Shown: one piece after another, positions 1-14,100 of the stretch
Layout: every line of letters begins with the position of its first letter
Position numbering within the stretch: the stretch's first letter is position 1
From: Eledone cirrhosa
Taxonomy: Eukaryota
NCBI GenBank assembly: GCA_964016885.1
Contig: OZ024764.1
Span: forward strand, 18,228,001 to 18,292,000
Direction: 5' to 3'
Length of the DNA stretch: 64,000 bases
The notes under the pieces: generated by a model
Database searches by the model: none
The model's input: only the letters and a program-made list of their open reading frames with translations
What the model was told of the DNA's origin: nothing
Position numbers and translations under genes: made by a program

Positions 1-57
1 AAAAAATTATAAACCGTACACAGTCCTGCACTCCTTACTTTAATATAGTTTAGATTA

Positions 58-305
58 TTGGATTGGCAGTATTGGTAGAGGGTCGGACGCCATGCTTTGC
101 AGCATAGAGTTACGGCCCTTTACAGTCTGACTTCAAATCCCGCCGAGGTTAACTTTGCCTTTCATCCTTACGGGGTCGATAAAATAAAGTACCAGTAATA
201 CACTGGGGTAATTGCTGGCCTTGTGCCAAAAATTATTATGGCAGTGAATTGGTAATAATCGGTAGAGCGTCAGAAAATGGTTTGTGTCATAGAGTTACGT
301 CCCTT
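58..305 (+). mobile_element. tRNA-derived SINE (family A), one copy plus a 5' fragment
   Basis: ttggcagtattggtagag (A-box-like), ttcaaatcccgcc (B-box-like), body gaggttaactttgcctttcatcc...aaagtaccagt and (att)n tail; many copies in the window. Confidence 0.8.
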
Positions 306-1103
306 ATTATTAGTGTTTTTTTCTTGTTTTTAGATTTTTTTTGCACAAAATTTTCACATTACACTTTTATTAATAATCTTTCTTTTTCTCCTTCTTCTTC
401 CTCTTCTTCAAACAAGAAATGCATGAATGTCACTGACTCCACAGCATCTGGTCCTTTGACAAAAATAAACTCTTCTAACAGTACCTCCACTCCACTCCAT
501 CCCCACCCCCTGTCTTGCTGCCTCCCTCACCTCACCCCCGTCTTGCTGCCCCCCCCCTATCTCTCTCTCTCTTTTTTTATATAGAAATTGTTCTGCACTT
601 TTTTACTTATTCAACCAAAGCATCATGTCTTGTGGCCATGCTGGGGCACCGTCTGTTGTGGCCATGCTGGTGCACTGTATTTTAGGGGTCCTTCATCCAA
701 CCTGGCACTCTCCAAACGAAAGTAGCTTGTTTTATATATTACTTTCATCTTTACGAGGTTGATAAAATAAAATAAAGTACCAGTAATACACTGGGGTAAT
801 TGCTGGCCTTGTGCCAAAATTGGAAACAATCATTCTCTTCGGCGAATCCCTGATTAACTTTTTTCAAATTTCACTTGAAGAGGAAAAAGAGGGTGGAGAG
901 GCAAGTGGTGTCTTGTAGTAAGTTGAAAGGGGGTGGAGAGGCAAGTGGTGTCTTGTAGTAAGTTGAAAGGGGGTGGTGGAAGTGGCGAGTCTGGTCCGAG
1001 TGTACGGGCCCACTCTGAGTATGGTCCTGTAGACTGAGGAGTGGGAGAACTGAACTGGCCAATAAAGAAACAATTATTATTATTATTATTATTAAATTAT
1101 TAA

Positions 1104-1298
1104 TGGCGGTGAATTGGCAGTATCGGTAGAGGGTTGGACGCCATGCTTTGACGCATAGAGTTACGTCCCTTTACAGTCTGAATTCAAATACCGCCGAGGT
1201 TAACTTTGCCTTTCATCCTTACGGGGTCGATAAAATAAAGTACCAGTAATGCACTGATAATTGCTGGCCTTGTGCCAAAAGTAGAAACAATTATTATT
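1104..1298 (+). mobile_element. tRNA-derived SINE (family A)
   Basis: Near-full copy matching 58-240, 9440-9672 and 24266-24655. Confidence 0.85.
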
Positions 1299-1455
1299 AA
1301 ATTAGTCTCGCCATTGTGCACTTTTACTCGACCTTATTGTAAACCCCCCACTGTCCCTGTCTTTGTATTGCCCCCTACATGTCGGCCCTTGTGGCTAATA
1401 AATGAAATCATTATTATTATTATTAACATACTCCCCGTGTCTTTGACAATTTCAG

Positions 1456-1551
1456 GAACTCTGCATCTACGTTGGCTCATGTATTTGCATATTCATCGCA
1501 GCTATAGTGGCAGCCTGCTATGGGTTTGTCCCTTCTTTGGGTGCAGCAGCG
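1456..1551 (+). CDS. Penultimate coding exon of a MARVEL-domain membrane protein (CMTM/plasmolipin/MAL-like)
   Basis: ttcag| acceptor and |gtgagt donor; 96 nt, phase 0, encoding hydrophobic ELCIYVGSCICIFIAAIVAACYGFVPSLGAAA. Joined to the next exon it gives GAAA|FFLF, resembling the MARVEL TM4 'AAAFFGF' motif. Confidence 0.75.
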
Positions 1552-1609
1552 GTGAGTATTAGAGCAACCTTGTTATATCTACTGCATGGGGGAGGGGAAG
1601 TCAGTACGC

Positions 1610-2705
1610 TATAGTACAATATAGTACCCCAGACCACACTACACTACACAACAGTACCATACAGTATAGTATAGAATAGTACAGTACATTATAGTACAGT
1701 ACAGTATAGTATAGTACAGTACAGTACATTATAGTACAGTACAGTACAGTACAGTATAGTACAGTACACTACAATATAGTACAGTACATTATAGTATTGT
1801 ACAGTAAAGTATAGTATAGTACAGTAGAGTACAGTACAGTACACTACAATATAGTACAGTACACTATAGTACAGTACAGTATAGTATAGAATAGTACAGT
1901 ACATTATAGTACAGTACATTATAGTACAGTATAGTATAGTATAGTACAGTACATTATAGTACAGTACAGTATAGTACAGTACACTACAGTATAGTACAGT
2001 ACAGTATAGTAAGGTACAGTACACTACAGTACAGTATAGTAAGGTACAGTACACTACAGTATAGTACAGTACAGTATAGTATAGTACAGTATAGTATAGT
2101 AAGGTACACTACAGTATAGTACAGTACAGTACAGTATAGTACATTATAGTATTGTACAGTAAAGTATAGTATAGTACAGTACAGTATAGTAAGGTACAGT
2201 ACACTACAGTATAGTAAGGTACACTACAATACAGTACAGTACAGTATAGTAAGGTACACTACAGTATAGTACAGTACAGTACAGTATAGTACATTATAGT
2301 ATTGTACAGTAAAGTATAGTATAGTACAGTACAGTATAGTACATTATAGTATTGTACAGTAAAGTATAGTATAGTACAGTACAGTATAGTAAGGTACAGT
2401 ACACTACAGTATAGTAAGGTACACTACAATACAGTACAGTACAGTATAGTAAGGTACACTACAGTATAGTACAGTACAGTACAGTATAGTACATTATAGT
2501 ATTGTACAGTAAAGTATAGTATAGTACAGTACAGTATAGTACATTATAGTATTGTACAGTAAAGTATAGTACAGTACAGTATAGTAAGGTACAGTACACT
2601 ACAGTATAGTAAGGTACACTACAATACAGTACAGTACAGTATAGTAAGGTACACTACAGTATAGTACAGTACAGTACAGTATAGTACATTACAGTATAGT
2701 ACAGT
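1610..2705. repeat. Intronic pentanucleotide satellite (ACAGT/ATAGT)n
   Basis: About 1.1 kb of acagt/atagt/acact units with larger internal duplications. Confidence 0.95.
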
Positions 2706-2776
2706 ATATATGTGTGTGTGTGTATATATATGTGTGTGTGTGTGTATGTATGTGTATATATATATATATATATATA

Positions 2777-2870
2777 TACACAGGAGAATTAAGGCTCACA
2801 AGGGAACAGGCAAAGATGATGTTTTTGAAGCTTTTGCCTGTTCCCTTGTGAGCCTTAATTCTCCTGTGTA
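2777..2870. repeat. Perfect inverted repeat (~38-bp arms) embedded in (TA)n
   Basis: tacacaggagaattaaggctcacaagggaacaggcaaa ... tttgcctgttcccttgtgagccttaattctcctgtgta. Confidence 0.95.
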
Positions 2871-2897
2871 TATATATATATATATACACACACGCAT

Positions 2898-2942
<45 letters not shown>

Positions 2943-3017
2943 TATATACACACACACACACATACATATATATGTGTGAAAGTATTTATTTAAGCGTCTG
3001 TCTCTGTTTCTCTGCAG

Positions 3018-3179
3018 TTCTTCCTGTTTGTCACCCTGGCAGTCGCCAGCTACGAGTGCGTCTACCTCTTCCGTGACTTCAAGGGTGGGAGGATGCCAGC
3101 CACGGCCACCTCTCCAGATATTGGTAATGTTGAGAATACAACCACGACGACCACCTACGAGTCTCGGCCTCAGTATTAA
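3018..3179 (+). CDS. Terminal coding exon of the MARVEL-domain protein
   Basis: Polypyrimidine tract plus ctgcag| acceptor; FFLFVTLAVASYECVYLFRDFKGGRMPATATSPDIGNVENTTTTTTYESRPQY* (TM helix then cytoplasmic tail); in frame with exon 1456-1551. Confidence 0.75.
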   Translation, partial: FFLFVTLAVASYECVYLFRDFKGGRMPATATSPDIGNVENTTTTTTYESRPQY

Positions 3180-3910
3180 GGGACACTATTAAGGGCTACG
3201 ATGATGTGACGACACAGTGTCGGCGATGATGAGTGCGGTGGGCGAGGATGGACGACACCACCACCACCACCACCACCCACCCACCCACTCACCTAGACCA
3301 CCACCACCACCACCACCACCACATCATCCATCCCTTACACACACACACACCTATATATATATACACACATATATATACACACACACATATATATACATAC
3401 ACACATATATATACATACATATACATGTATACACACACACACATATATATACATACACACATATATATATATATACATACATATACATATACACACACAC
3501 ACACATATATACACACACACATATATACATACACACACATATATATATACATATATACATACACATATACACACATATATATATACATACACACATATAT
3601 ATATATACATACATACACACACTTGTCTTTGCATCGCATACAGTGTGTAGATGATGATGATGATGATGACATGAAAAAACAGTAATAACATTAATGCCCC
3701 CCCCCCCCCCCCCAGCCGCTGTTCTCCTACTCCTCCTCCTTGCCACAGTACTACTACTACTACTACTACTACTACCACTACTACTACTACCACTGACAGC
3801 TTGGTGTGATCCCAAGGATCCACACCTAGCTCCACATTCTCAACTAACCTATCCTCTCCCTCAATACCCACCATCGTCAACACTACTGCCATCTGGTGTT
3901 GGTTTTCTGA

Positions 3911-3971
<61 letters not shown>

Positions 3972-4437
3972 ATATATATGTACATATATGTGTGTATATA
4001 TATACACACATATATGTACATATATGTGTGTATATATATGTGTATATATATATACACATATATATATGTGTATATATATATACATATATATGTGTATATA
4101 TATATACACATATATGTGTGTATATATATATACACATATATATGTGTATATATATATACACATATATATATGTGTATATATATATACACATATATATGTG
4201 TATATATATATACACATATATATGTGTATATATATATACACATATATATATGTGTATATATATATATACATATATGTGTATATATATATACACATATATA
4301 TATGTGTATATATATATATATATACACATATATATATATATGTGTTTATATATAAAGCACTCAACAGTTTAAGTTTCTCAAGAGTTTTATTAAAACAATA
4401 AACAAATAAGACGGTTACTTTAGTCCAGCCCTGTTTA

Positions 4438-4509
4438 TTGTATTATACGTATTTCACAGATGTATGGCTTATGCATAACAACAGGCAGACATGTCCTCAT
4501 CAGATAAAA
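4438..4509 (-). ncRNA. Type I minimal hammerhead ribozyme motif (left arm of inverted repeat)
   Basis: Minus strand: ttttat-CTGATGA-g[long stem II region]-GAAA-tacgtaT-A-atacaa. Stem III is the perfect palindrome ATACGTAT. Confidence 0.6.
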
Positions 4510-4604
4510 TTCACAGTTTTTTCAGGCACATACTTGGCAGGTCACTGAAGTGAATAACTCGTCTGACCGCTAACTTACAAAAGGATATTTACATCTTTTG
4601 TGAA

Positions 4605-4676
4605 TTTTATCTGATGAGAACATGTTTCACTGATGTTACACATGAGCCATACATCTTTGAAATATGTATAATAAAA
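4605..4676 (+). ncRNA. Type I minimal hammerhead ribozyme motif (right arm of inverted repeat)
   Basis: ttttat-CTGATGA(4611-4617)-g...-GAAA(4659-4662)-tatgtaT-A-ataaaa. Stem I ttttat/ataaaa is a perfect 6 bp. Confidence 0.6.
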
Positions 4677-4691
4677 TAAAATATATTTATT

Positions 4692-4722
<31 letters not shown>

Positions 4723-4806
4723 AAAGGTAAACAGAAATAACAACACAATCGGTACAGTATATGGAAGGAATATATTAGTTTAACGCTTGAAATAGCAGGA
4801 AGAGGG

Positions 4807-4842
4807 TCTTAACGTTTCAGACGCTAGTCCTTCATCAGAAGA
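4807..4842 (-). ncRNA. Minimal hammerhead ribozyme motif within a ~130-bp dispersed repeat (4720-4851)
   Basis: Minus strand: tctt-CTGATGA-a-ggac(tagc)gtct-GAAA-cgT-T-aaga. Stem I tctt/aaga; palindromic ACGT stem III; predicted GUU cleavage triplet. Homologous copy at 26500-26630 (+). Confidence 0.7.
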
Positions 4843-4862
4843 AAGAATGAGGCATTAAAGAA

Positions 4863-4926
<64 letters not shown>

Positions 4927-5277
4927 GATACACACACGTATGTATAATATAGACAGGAAATTGGGAAAAATTAGGCAAGATCTGCTGAAGATTGAAGAAG
5001 AATCATCTTTTGCTGTAGTAGATTTATCAACAGGTTTCAATGTTGCAGCAGAGTGGCCTGCAAAACCTACATTGTTATGCAATCCCCTATAGTGCAATGT
5101 GCTATTACCATATGCATATATAATCGGAGTATCTGCATTCATACATATATGAATGAATTACATATACACATGTATGTATATAGAAATGTAGACTCCTGAG
5201 TTGCATTGGGCTTGGACTTAACCGCAGATACTAATCAAACAGTTGAAGTCCTATACATATATATATATATATATATA

Positions 5278-5397
<120 letters not shown>

Positions 5398-5863
5398 CAC
5401 ATACATATATATATTCATATGCTAGCGTGGAAGATGGACGTTAAACGAAGATGATGATGATACACAGACATATTTCAGAACATCCCGTAATAGGGTGAAA
5501 GCAGAAATTATTTGCTTAAACTTTAATCTATACTAATAATAAATACACTCACACAGACATATATATATATATATACAAATATATATATATATATATGTGG
5601 TGTTGATGATGATGATGATGGTGGTGGTGGGGTGGTGTTGAGCTGTTGGTGAGTGGGGATTCCAGATTAAGGATTTAGATTAGAGGTTTTAGACTAACGA
5701 AGCCTAATTAGGATATCTTAGGAAGATGCGATTAATTGTTTCAGACACGACTAAGCTTTGTATTTCTTTAGCTGGCTATTTTATTTTTTTCATGTCACAT
5801 CACACTTACATACATACATACATATATATACACATATATATATATATATATATACATACATAC

Positions 5864-5922
<59 letters not shown>

Positions 5923-5938
5923 AATACCTACACACATA

Positions 5939-5981
<43 letters not shown>

Positions 5982-5996
5982 ACATTTATGGAAATA

Positions 5997-6061
<65 letters not shown>

Positions 6062-6164
6062 ATATAATCATTCATACATGTAGACATATGTAATTTATAC
6101 ACGCATATACACACACACACATATATACATTTATAAATATGAGTGTATATATGTTTGCATATTA

Positions 6165-6240
<76 letters not shown>

Positions 6241-6758
6241 ACACACACACACATATATATATGTACATTCATGTGTCCGCATATTTACTTATATATATAT
6301 ATATATACACATATATATATATATATACACATTATATATATACATATATATACACATATATATATATATATACATTATATATATATATTTACAGTTATTT
6401 GTGTATTTAAAGTTGATGGAAAAAAATCCCCAAAAAATAATTTAAAAAAAAAAAAATCTCGGCAAATTACGTAAATTTTGATTTCCCTGGTTGGATTTTT
6501 TAATTAGGACATAAATAGTTAATTAATTAATTCATAATTAACTCATTAACTCCCATGAGGGAGGGAATAATGGAGGGTGGTGAGACAGGTAAATTATTTA
6601 TATAAATTATTTAATTAAATACCTAATTATATATATAATATATGTGTATATATATACATATGTGTATATATATATGTATATATATATATTGTCGCGTTGA
6701 GGTTTAAAAATCCCGACCCCCGAGGCCAACCAGCCATTATTATTGTAGAAACAATTAT

Positions 6759-6790
<32 letters not shown>

Positions 6791-8027
6791 ATATATTATA
6801 TATATATATATATATACAATATATTATATAATATATCTATATTTATATATATATATATAAGTTTATGTATAATATATATAAAGATATTTACACATATAAT
6901 ATGTGCATATACACATAGTTGTATAAGTATATATATATATATGTGTGTGTGTATATATATATATACATACACACATACACACATTAACTCCCGTTCCAGC
7001 CGACTGACCGCCAAGGTGAGGCTGTGGCCATGCTGGGGCAGGCGATTTATTCAATTCACCGTCGCCAAATAAACAACAAACAACAACAACAATAACAATA
7101 TATTAGGGACTTCGAAGTGATAGCCAAAGAAACAAAAAAAAGACAAAAAAAAATGTGGGATGTTTCTTAATTTGCATATTGAGTTTTTTATTTTTTCCCC
7201 CCTCCGACCCCCCCCCCCCCCAAAAAAAAAGGAAATCACGAAAAATATAACAAAAAAACGAATTTTGGACTTACCCCCCGTCCCTCCCACCCCTGCTCCC
7301 CCTTCTCTGCCGTTATTTTAATTTATTCAAATTAAATTAAATTTTTTTTAACTATTATTTTTTTGTTCGTTCGTTTTTTTTTGTTCTCTACAGTAAAAAA
7401 AAAAATTCATCAATGCCCCTCTCCCTGACCCCCCCCCCCCGGCCATCTGACCCTCTGACCCCCATCGTTTTTCCACTGTAAAGTTGATAAAAACAAAAAT
7501 AATATATTATTATTATACATTGATAATTAAATTTTAATATAATTTATTCATTTTTTGTTTTCTTTCTTTCTTTCGTTCTTTTATTTTTGTTTTTGTTTTG
7601 TTGTTTTATAACCCCCTCCCCCTCCACGCCCCCACCCTTTATGTGAGTTTTTTTGTTTGTTTTTTTATTTGGGGTGGGGCTAGGGTGCGTCTGTTTTTTT
7701 GTTTTTTTTAATTTGTTGCAGAGTAATTTGCATATTTAAGTTTTCTGGGTTTTTAAAAAAAATTTTTTAAATTTTTTTGAGGGGAGGAGATTAACCCCTG
7801 CAATGGGTGGCACCCTCTCCAGGGGGAAGTCTTGAACTCCTTGTTGCTTCATGTCACGGAACCTGCAACAAGCATCGACCTGATGAGCCCCTGGGCTTGA
7901 GGCAGACTTTATATATACAGCAAGTACTATTCAATTTGTTTCCGGCAATCACAAAGCACTCAATGGGAGCGAAAAGTGAAAAAACATTAAGGCCCAAAAT
8001 ATATATAAATATATATATATATATATA

Positions 8028-8242
8028 TTTATAGTTCTGTAATAAACAACATAAGATAATTAATTCATTTACCAATGGTTTCTTGAAGAGCTTGACACTT
8101 ATGTCTGTCTTCATTCATCAGAAAAAATTTATTCTAAATAAATTGTTTCTGATGAATGAAGACAGACATAAGTGTCAAGTTCTTCAAGAAACCATTGGTA
8201 AATGAATGAATTATCTTATGTTGTTTATTACAGAACTATAAA
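8028..8242. mobile_element. Near-perfect palindrome (~105-bp arms) in (TA)n; each arm has a hammerhead-like core (Penelope-like remnant)
   Basis: Right arm: CTGATGA(8149-8155)-at-gaaga..gaca(taag)tgtc..tcttc-aa-GAAA-ccattggT-A; the left arm is its reverse complement with few mismatches. Stem I is weak. Confidence 0.65.
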
Positions 8243-8539
8243 TATATATATATATATATTTAACAATCTATTTTTAGTAATGTTGAGTGGATCTATATTT
8301 ATTGGAAAAATTGACCTAGAGTTACAAGTTTCAGTGCTAAGTTAATTTTGACCCTTCAGTATTTACATTACTCTAGAAGGAGAGTCGTTAGAATGCCTTG
8401 TGGTATTTGTTCCAGCTCTCTGATCTCAGAGTTCAAATCCCGCCGAGGTTAACTTTGCCTTTCGCCCTTTTGAGGTCGATAAAAAAAGTACCAGTAATAC
8501 ACTGGCTTCAATTCTTCTTCTGTATCTCACTCTATCTCT

Positions 8540-8592
<53 letters not shown>

Positions 8593-8789
8593 CAGTCTCA
8601 TACTGGGGTTGATTCTTCCTCTATATCTCTTCCTCATTTCCTCTCCCTCACTTTCTATCTTTCTCTGGAAGAAATCTGCTCTACTCAGGCCTGGAGAGGG
8701 AGGGGCTCTGCCAGGCTTACAATGCCCAAGACACATTGTATGTCAATACGGTGCCCCTACAAATATCAGGAGTTACGGGACCATACCAT

Positions 8790-9150
8790 ACATATTTACT
8801 ATTATATTTTCATGGTAAAGGCTTTATCTCACATGATATCGAATCTATGAGATTTTGACATTATTTATTTTGAGAACAATATCTTAACATCAGTATGAGT
8901 GGCCAGTTACGGCTGGTTTGAACAGAAAGAGGTGAGAGAGTTCTGGCCAGTTGCAGCCGGTTTGAACAGAAAGAGGTGAGAGAGTTCTGGCCAGTTACAG
9001 CCGGTTTGAACAGAAAGAGGTGAGAGTTTTAGCCGGATACGACCGGTTTGAACAGAAAGAGGTGAGAGTTCTGGCCAGTTACAGCCGGTTTGAACAGAAA
9101 GAGGTGAGAGTTTTGGCTGGATACGACTGGTTTGAACAGAAAGGGTTAAA
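8790..9150. mobile_element. piggyBac-like MITE fragment with internal ~41-43-bp tandem amplification
   Basis: About 6 copies of ggccagttacagccggtttgaacagaaagaggtgagag; ends aaagggttaa; homologous to 28449-28644 and 29080-29243. Confidence 0.6.
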
Positions 9151-9439
9151 TTGAATTGGAAATTGAAATATAAATGTGTTGAAACTTTTAACTAAGATTA
9201 TTTTTAAAAAGAAAATATATAAGTCAAAGCTTTTAACTAAGTTTATTTTTCAATATTTAACATCGGAACTCTAATATGGAGACAAAACAGACCAATCAAA
9301 TGTTGTGTATATAAATTTTACAACATTTCTAGTATATAGACATGTACATCTGTCAAATGTGTGTATTTCTTGTTTGTGTAATATTACTTTATAAACCTAC
9401 AGAGAAATCTAATATTATTATTATTATATGTTATGTAAA

Positions 9440-9672
9440 GGTGATATATTGGCAGTAAAATCGGTAGAGTGTTGGACAACATGCTTTGCAGCATAGAGTT
9501 ACGGCCCTTTACGATCTGAGTTCAAATACTGCCGAGGTTAACTTTGCCTTTCATCCTTACAGGGGTTGATAAAATAAAGTACCAGTAATACACTGGGTCG
9601 ATTTAATCGACTTTCCTTCCTGCCCCTCTCTCCCCCCAAATTGCTGGCCTTGTGCCTAAACTAGAAACCATT
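9440..9672 (+). mobile_element. tRNA-derived SINE (family A)
   Basis: gagttcaaatactgcc B-box-like motif and shared body and tail. Confidence 0.85.
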
Positions 9673-10027
9673 ATAATATGTGTATTAACAAGATTTTAAT
9701 AGAGGTGGTAGTGGACGGTGTAGTGATGTTTAAAGTGTCTGAATGTCTTGTTACTTAATACAGGGGGAGGGAACGAGATAGAATAAAACTAGAATACCAG
9801 TGGTAAACTGGGGTTGTATCATTTTTCACTACAACCCAAAACTTTCTTCTTCTCCAACCCATTAAAATTTTAATGGGCTTGCAATTAATTTTAAAAGTAA
9901 ATGTTAAATTTAATTAATTAAAAATGGTGTTGTTAAAATTGATGATGATAATGGTAGTGAAGATAGTTAATTGTTAATTGTTAATTGTAGAAATAATTAT
10001 AATTATTAATTATAATCTAATTATTTT

Positions 10028-10061
<34 letters not shown>

Positions 10062-10147
10062 TAGTTGAATTTAGTTATTTTTAGATTTTTCCTGTTGTAC
10101 AGTTGTTAGATAGTGATACTGTTGTGAGGTTGGTTATGTGTGTATAT

Positions 10148-10178
<31 letters not shown>

Positions 10179-11004
10179 CATATATATACATACATATACA
10201 TACATACACTTATATACACATATATATATGTATATATACATACACATATATACACATAGATGTATATATACATACACATATATATGTATATATGCACACA
10301 CACACACACACATATACATATATATATGTGTGTATATATATATATATGTCAGTAATTAGCATACACATACTTGAATTAATATATATATATATATATATAT
10401 ATAGTGTGTGTGTATATATATGTGTTGTTTTAGTGTGGTGTTTACTGTTACGTGATCCAGCTGTCTGGCTGAGGCCATGCTGGGGCACCACCATGGTTTA
10501 TACGAGAAAAAAATTTAACTTTTTATGTTGGGTTGTGAAATACTGTTTAAAAAAAACACAAAAACAATAAAAAATAAAACAAAAAAATAATAAATAATAA
10601 TGATAATAATATTTAAGCTATTGGAATTGGGGATGGAATTATTCCCGGGGGTAGAGGTAGGCGGGGGGAGAGGTGTGGGTGGGCCCTTGCTGGTGGACTT
10701 TATTCTACTACCTTAAACACCAGAGATGTTTACACCCTTGTACCACCCCCCTGCCACTACACCCTACCCACACATTACCTCGCTTTCTCTCCCAACCCTC
10801 AACCCCCCACCTTCACCCCTACCCTCACCCGACCGGGGTGGGTGGGGACGGGAGACGCGGGGTAAGGATGGGAAAGAGGGGTGGGTTTAAAGTTGGAGAA
10901 AAAAATTAATATTTTTTTTCATACATTTTTTCCCCAGTTTTGTTTTTTCCTGTTGTCTCATAATTAAAAAGACATTTCTTTTTTTCATTTTAAATTCATC
11001 TCTG

Positions 11005-11120
11005 GTTGTTGTTATTGCTGTTGTTGTTGTTGTTGTTGTGGTCTTTGTTGTTGTTTAGCCACGGGTCAGTCCTGATACAGTAGACCTATGATCAAACATG
11101 TTCCAGGTGTGACCATCCTG
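11005..11120 (-). mobile_element. Probable retroposon 3' end with (AAC)n tail abutting the 51-bp array
   Basis: (ttg)n run followed by unique sequence running into the first array unit via tcctgtctt. Family identity comes from recall only. Confidence 0.4.
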
Positions 11121-14100
11121 TCTTTTATACAGACACAGTGTATCTAGGACTACATTATCTAATGTGTCCTGTCTTATATACAGACACAGTGTACCTAGGA
11201 CTACATTATCTAATGTGTCCTGTCTTATATACAGACACAGTGTACCTAGGACTACATTATCTAATGTGTCCTGTCTTATATACAGACACAGTGTACCTAG
11301 GACTACATTATCTAATGTGTCCTGTCTTATCTACAGACAGTGTATCTAGGACTACATTATCTAATGTGTCCTGTCTTATATACAGACACAGTATATCTAG
11401 GACTACATTATCTAATGTGTCCTGTCTTATATACAGACACAGTGTACCTAGGACTACATTATCTAATGTGTCCTGTCTTATATACAGACACAGTCTACCT
11501 AGGACTACATTATCTAATGTGTCCTGTCTTATATACAGACACAGTGTATCTAGGACTACATTATCTAATGTGTCCTGTCTTATATACAGACACAGTGTAC
11601 CTAGGACTACATTATCTAATGTGTCCTGTCTTATATACAGACAGTGTATCTAGGACTACATTATCTAATGTGTCCTGTCTTATATACAGACACAGTGTAC
11701 CTAGGACTACATTATCTAATGTGTCCTGTCTTATATACAGACACAGTGTACCTAGGACTACATTATCTAATGTGTCCTGTCTTATATACAGACACAGTGT
11801 ACCTAGGACTACATTATCTAATGTGTCCTGTCTTATCTACAGACACAGTGTACCTAGGACTACATTATCTAATGTGTCCTGTCTTATATACAGACACAGT
11901 CTATCTAGGACTACACTATCTAATGTGTCCTGTCTTATATACAGACAGTGTATCTAGGACTACATTATCTAATGTGTCCTGTCTTATATACAGACACAGT
12001 ATATCTAGGACTACATTATCTAATGTGTCCTGTCTTATATACAGACACAGTGTATCTAGGACTACATTATCTAATGTGTCCTGTCTTATATACAGACACA
12101 GTCTATCTAGGACTACACTATCTAATGTGTCCTGTCTTATATACAGACAGTGTATCTAGGACTACATTATCTAATGTGTCCTGTCTTATATACAGACACA
12201 GTATATCTAGGACTACATTATCTAATGTGTCCTGTCTTATATACAGACACAGTGTACCTAGGACTACATTATCTAATGTGTCCTGTCTTATATACAGACA
12301 CAGTGTACCTAGGACTACATTATCTAATGTGTCCTGTCTTATATACAGACACAGTGTATCTAGGACTACATTATCTAATGTGTCCTGTCTTATATACAGA
12401 CACAGTCTACCTAGGACTACATTATCTAATGTGTCCTGTCTTATATTCAGACACAGTGTATCTAGGACTACATTATCTAATGTGTCCTGTCTTATATTCA
12501 GACACAGTGTATCTAGGACTACATTATCTAATGTGTCCTGTCTTATATACAGACACAGTGTACCTAGGACTACATTATCTAATGTGTCCTGTCTTATATT
12601 CAGACACAGTGTATCTAGGACTACATTATCTAATGTGTCCTGTCTTATATTCAGATACAGTGTACCTAGGACTACATTATCTAATGTGTCCTGTCTTATA
12701 TTCAGACACAGTGTATCTAGGACTACATTATCTAATGTGTCCTGTCTTATATACAGACACAGTGTATCTAGGACTACATTATCTAATGTGTCCTGTCTTA
12801 TATACAGACACAGTGTACCTAGGACTACACTATCTAATGTGTCCTGTATTATATACAGACACAGTGTATCTAGGACTACATTATCTAATGTGTCCTGTCT
12901 TATATACAGACACAGTGTATCTAGGACTACATTATCTAATGTGTCCTGTCTTATATACAGACACAGTGTATCTAGGACTACATTATCTAATGTGTCCTGT
13001 CTTATATACAGACACAGTGTATCTAGGACTACATTATCTAATGTGTCCTGTCTTATATACAGACACAGTGTATCTAGGACTACATTATCTAATGTGTCCT
13101 GTCTTATATTCAGACACAGTGTATCTAGGACTACATTATCTAATGTGTCCTGTCTTATATACAGACACAGTCTACCTAGGACTACATTATCTAATGTGTC
13201 CTGTCTTATATACAGACACAGTGTATCTAGGACTACATTATCTAATGTGTCCTGTCTTATATACAGACACAGTCTACCTAGGACTACATTATCTAATGTG
13301 TCCTGTCTTATATTCAGACACAGTGTATCTAGGACTACATTATCTAATGTGTCCTGTCTTATATTCAGACACAGTGTATCTAGGACTACATTATCTAATG
13401 TGTCCTGTCTTATATTCAGACACAGTGTATCTAGGACTACATTATCTAATGTGTCCTGTCTTATATACAGACACAGTGTACCTAGGACTACATTATCTAA
13501 TGTGTCCTGTCTTATATTCAGACACAGTGTATCTAGGACTACATTATCTAATGTGTCCTGTCTTATATTCAGATACAGTGTACCTAGGACTACATTATCT
13601 AATGTGTCCTGTCTTATATTCAGACACAGTGTATCTAGGACTACATTATCTAATGTGTCCTGTCTTATATACAGACACAGTGTATCTAGGACTACATTAT
13701 CTAATGTGTCCTGTCTTATATACAGACACAGTGTACCTAGGACTACACTATCTAATGTGTCCTGTATTATATACAGACACAGTGTATCTAGGACTACATT
13801 ATCTAATGTGTCCTGTCTTATATACAGACACAGTGTATCTAGGACTACATTATCTAATGTGTCCTGTCTTATATACAGACACAGTGTATCTAGGACTACA
13901 TTATCTAATGTGTCCTGTCTTATATACAGACACAGTGTATCTAGGACTACATTATCTAATGTGTCCTGTCTTATATACAGACACAGTGTATCTAGGACTA
14001 CATTATCTAATGTGTCCTGTCTTATATTCAGACACAGTGTATCTAGGACTACATTATCTAATGTGTCCTGTCTTATATACAGACACAGTCTACCTAGGAC

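Noticed and set aside
2812-2835. gatga...gaag in the hairpin loop as a decayed hammerhead core
   Set aside because: Lacks CTGA, stem II and GAAA; too degenerate to support.
7050-7800. Homopolymer-rich tract with octamer-like atttgcat motifs (similar texture at 10500-10980)
   Set aside because: Low complexity and possibly low-quality consensus; the motifs are expected by chance and have no supporting structure.
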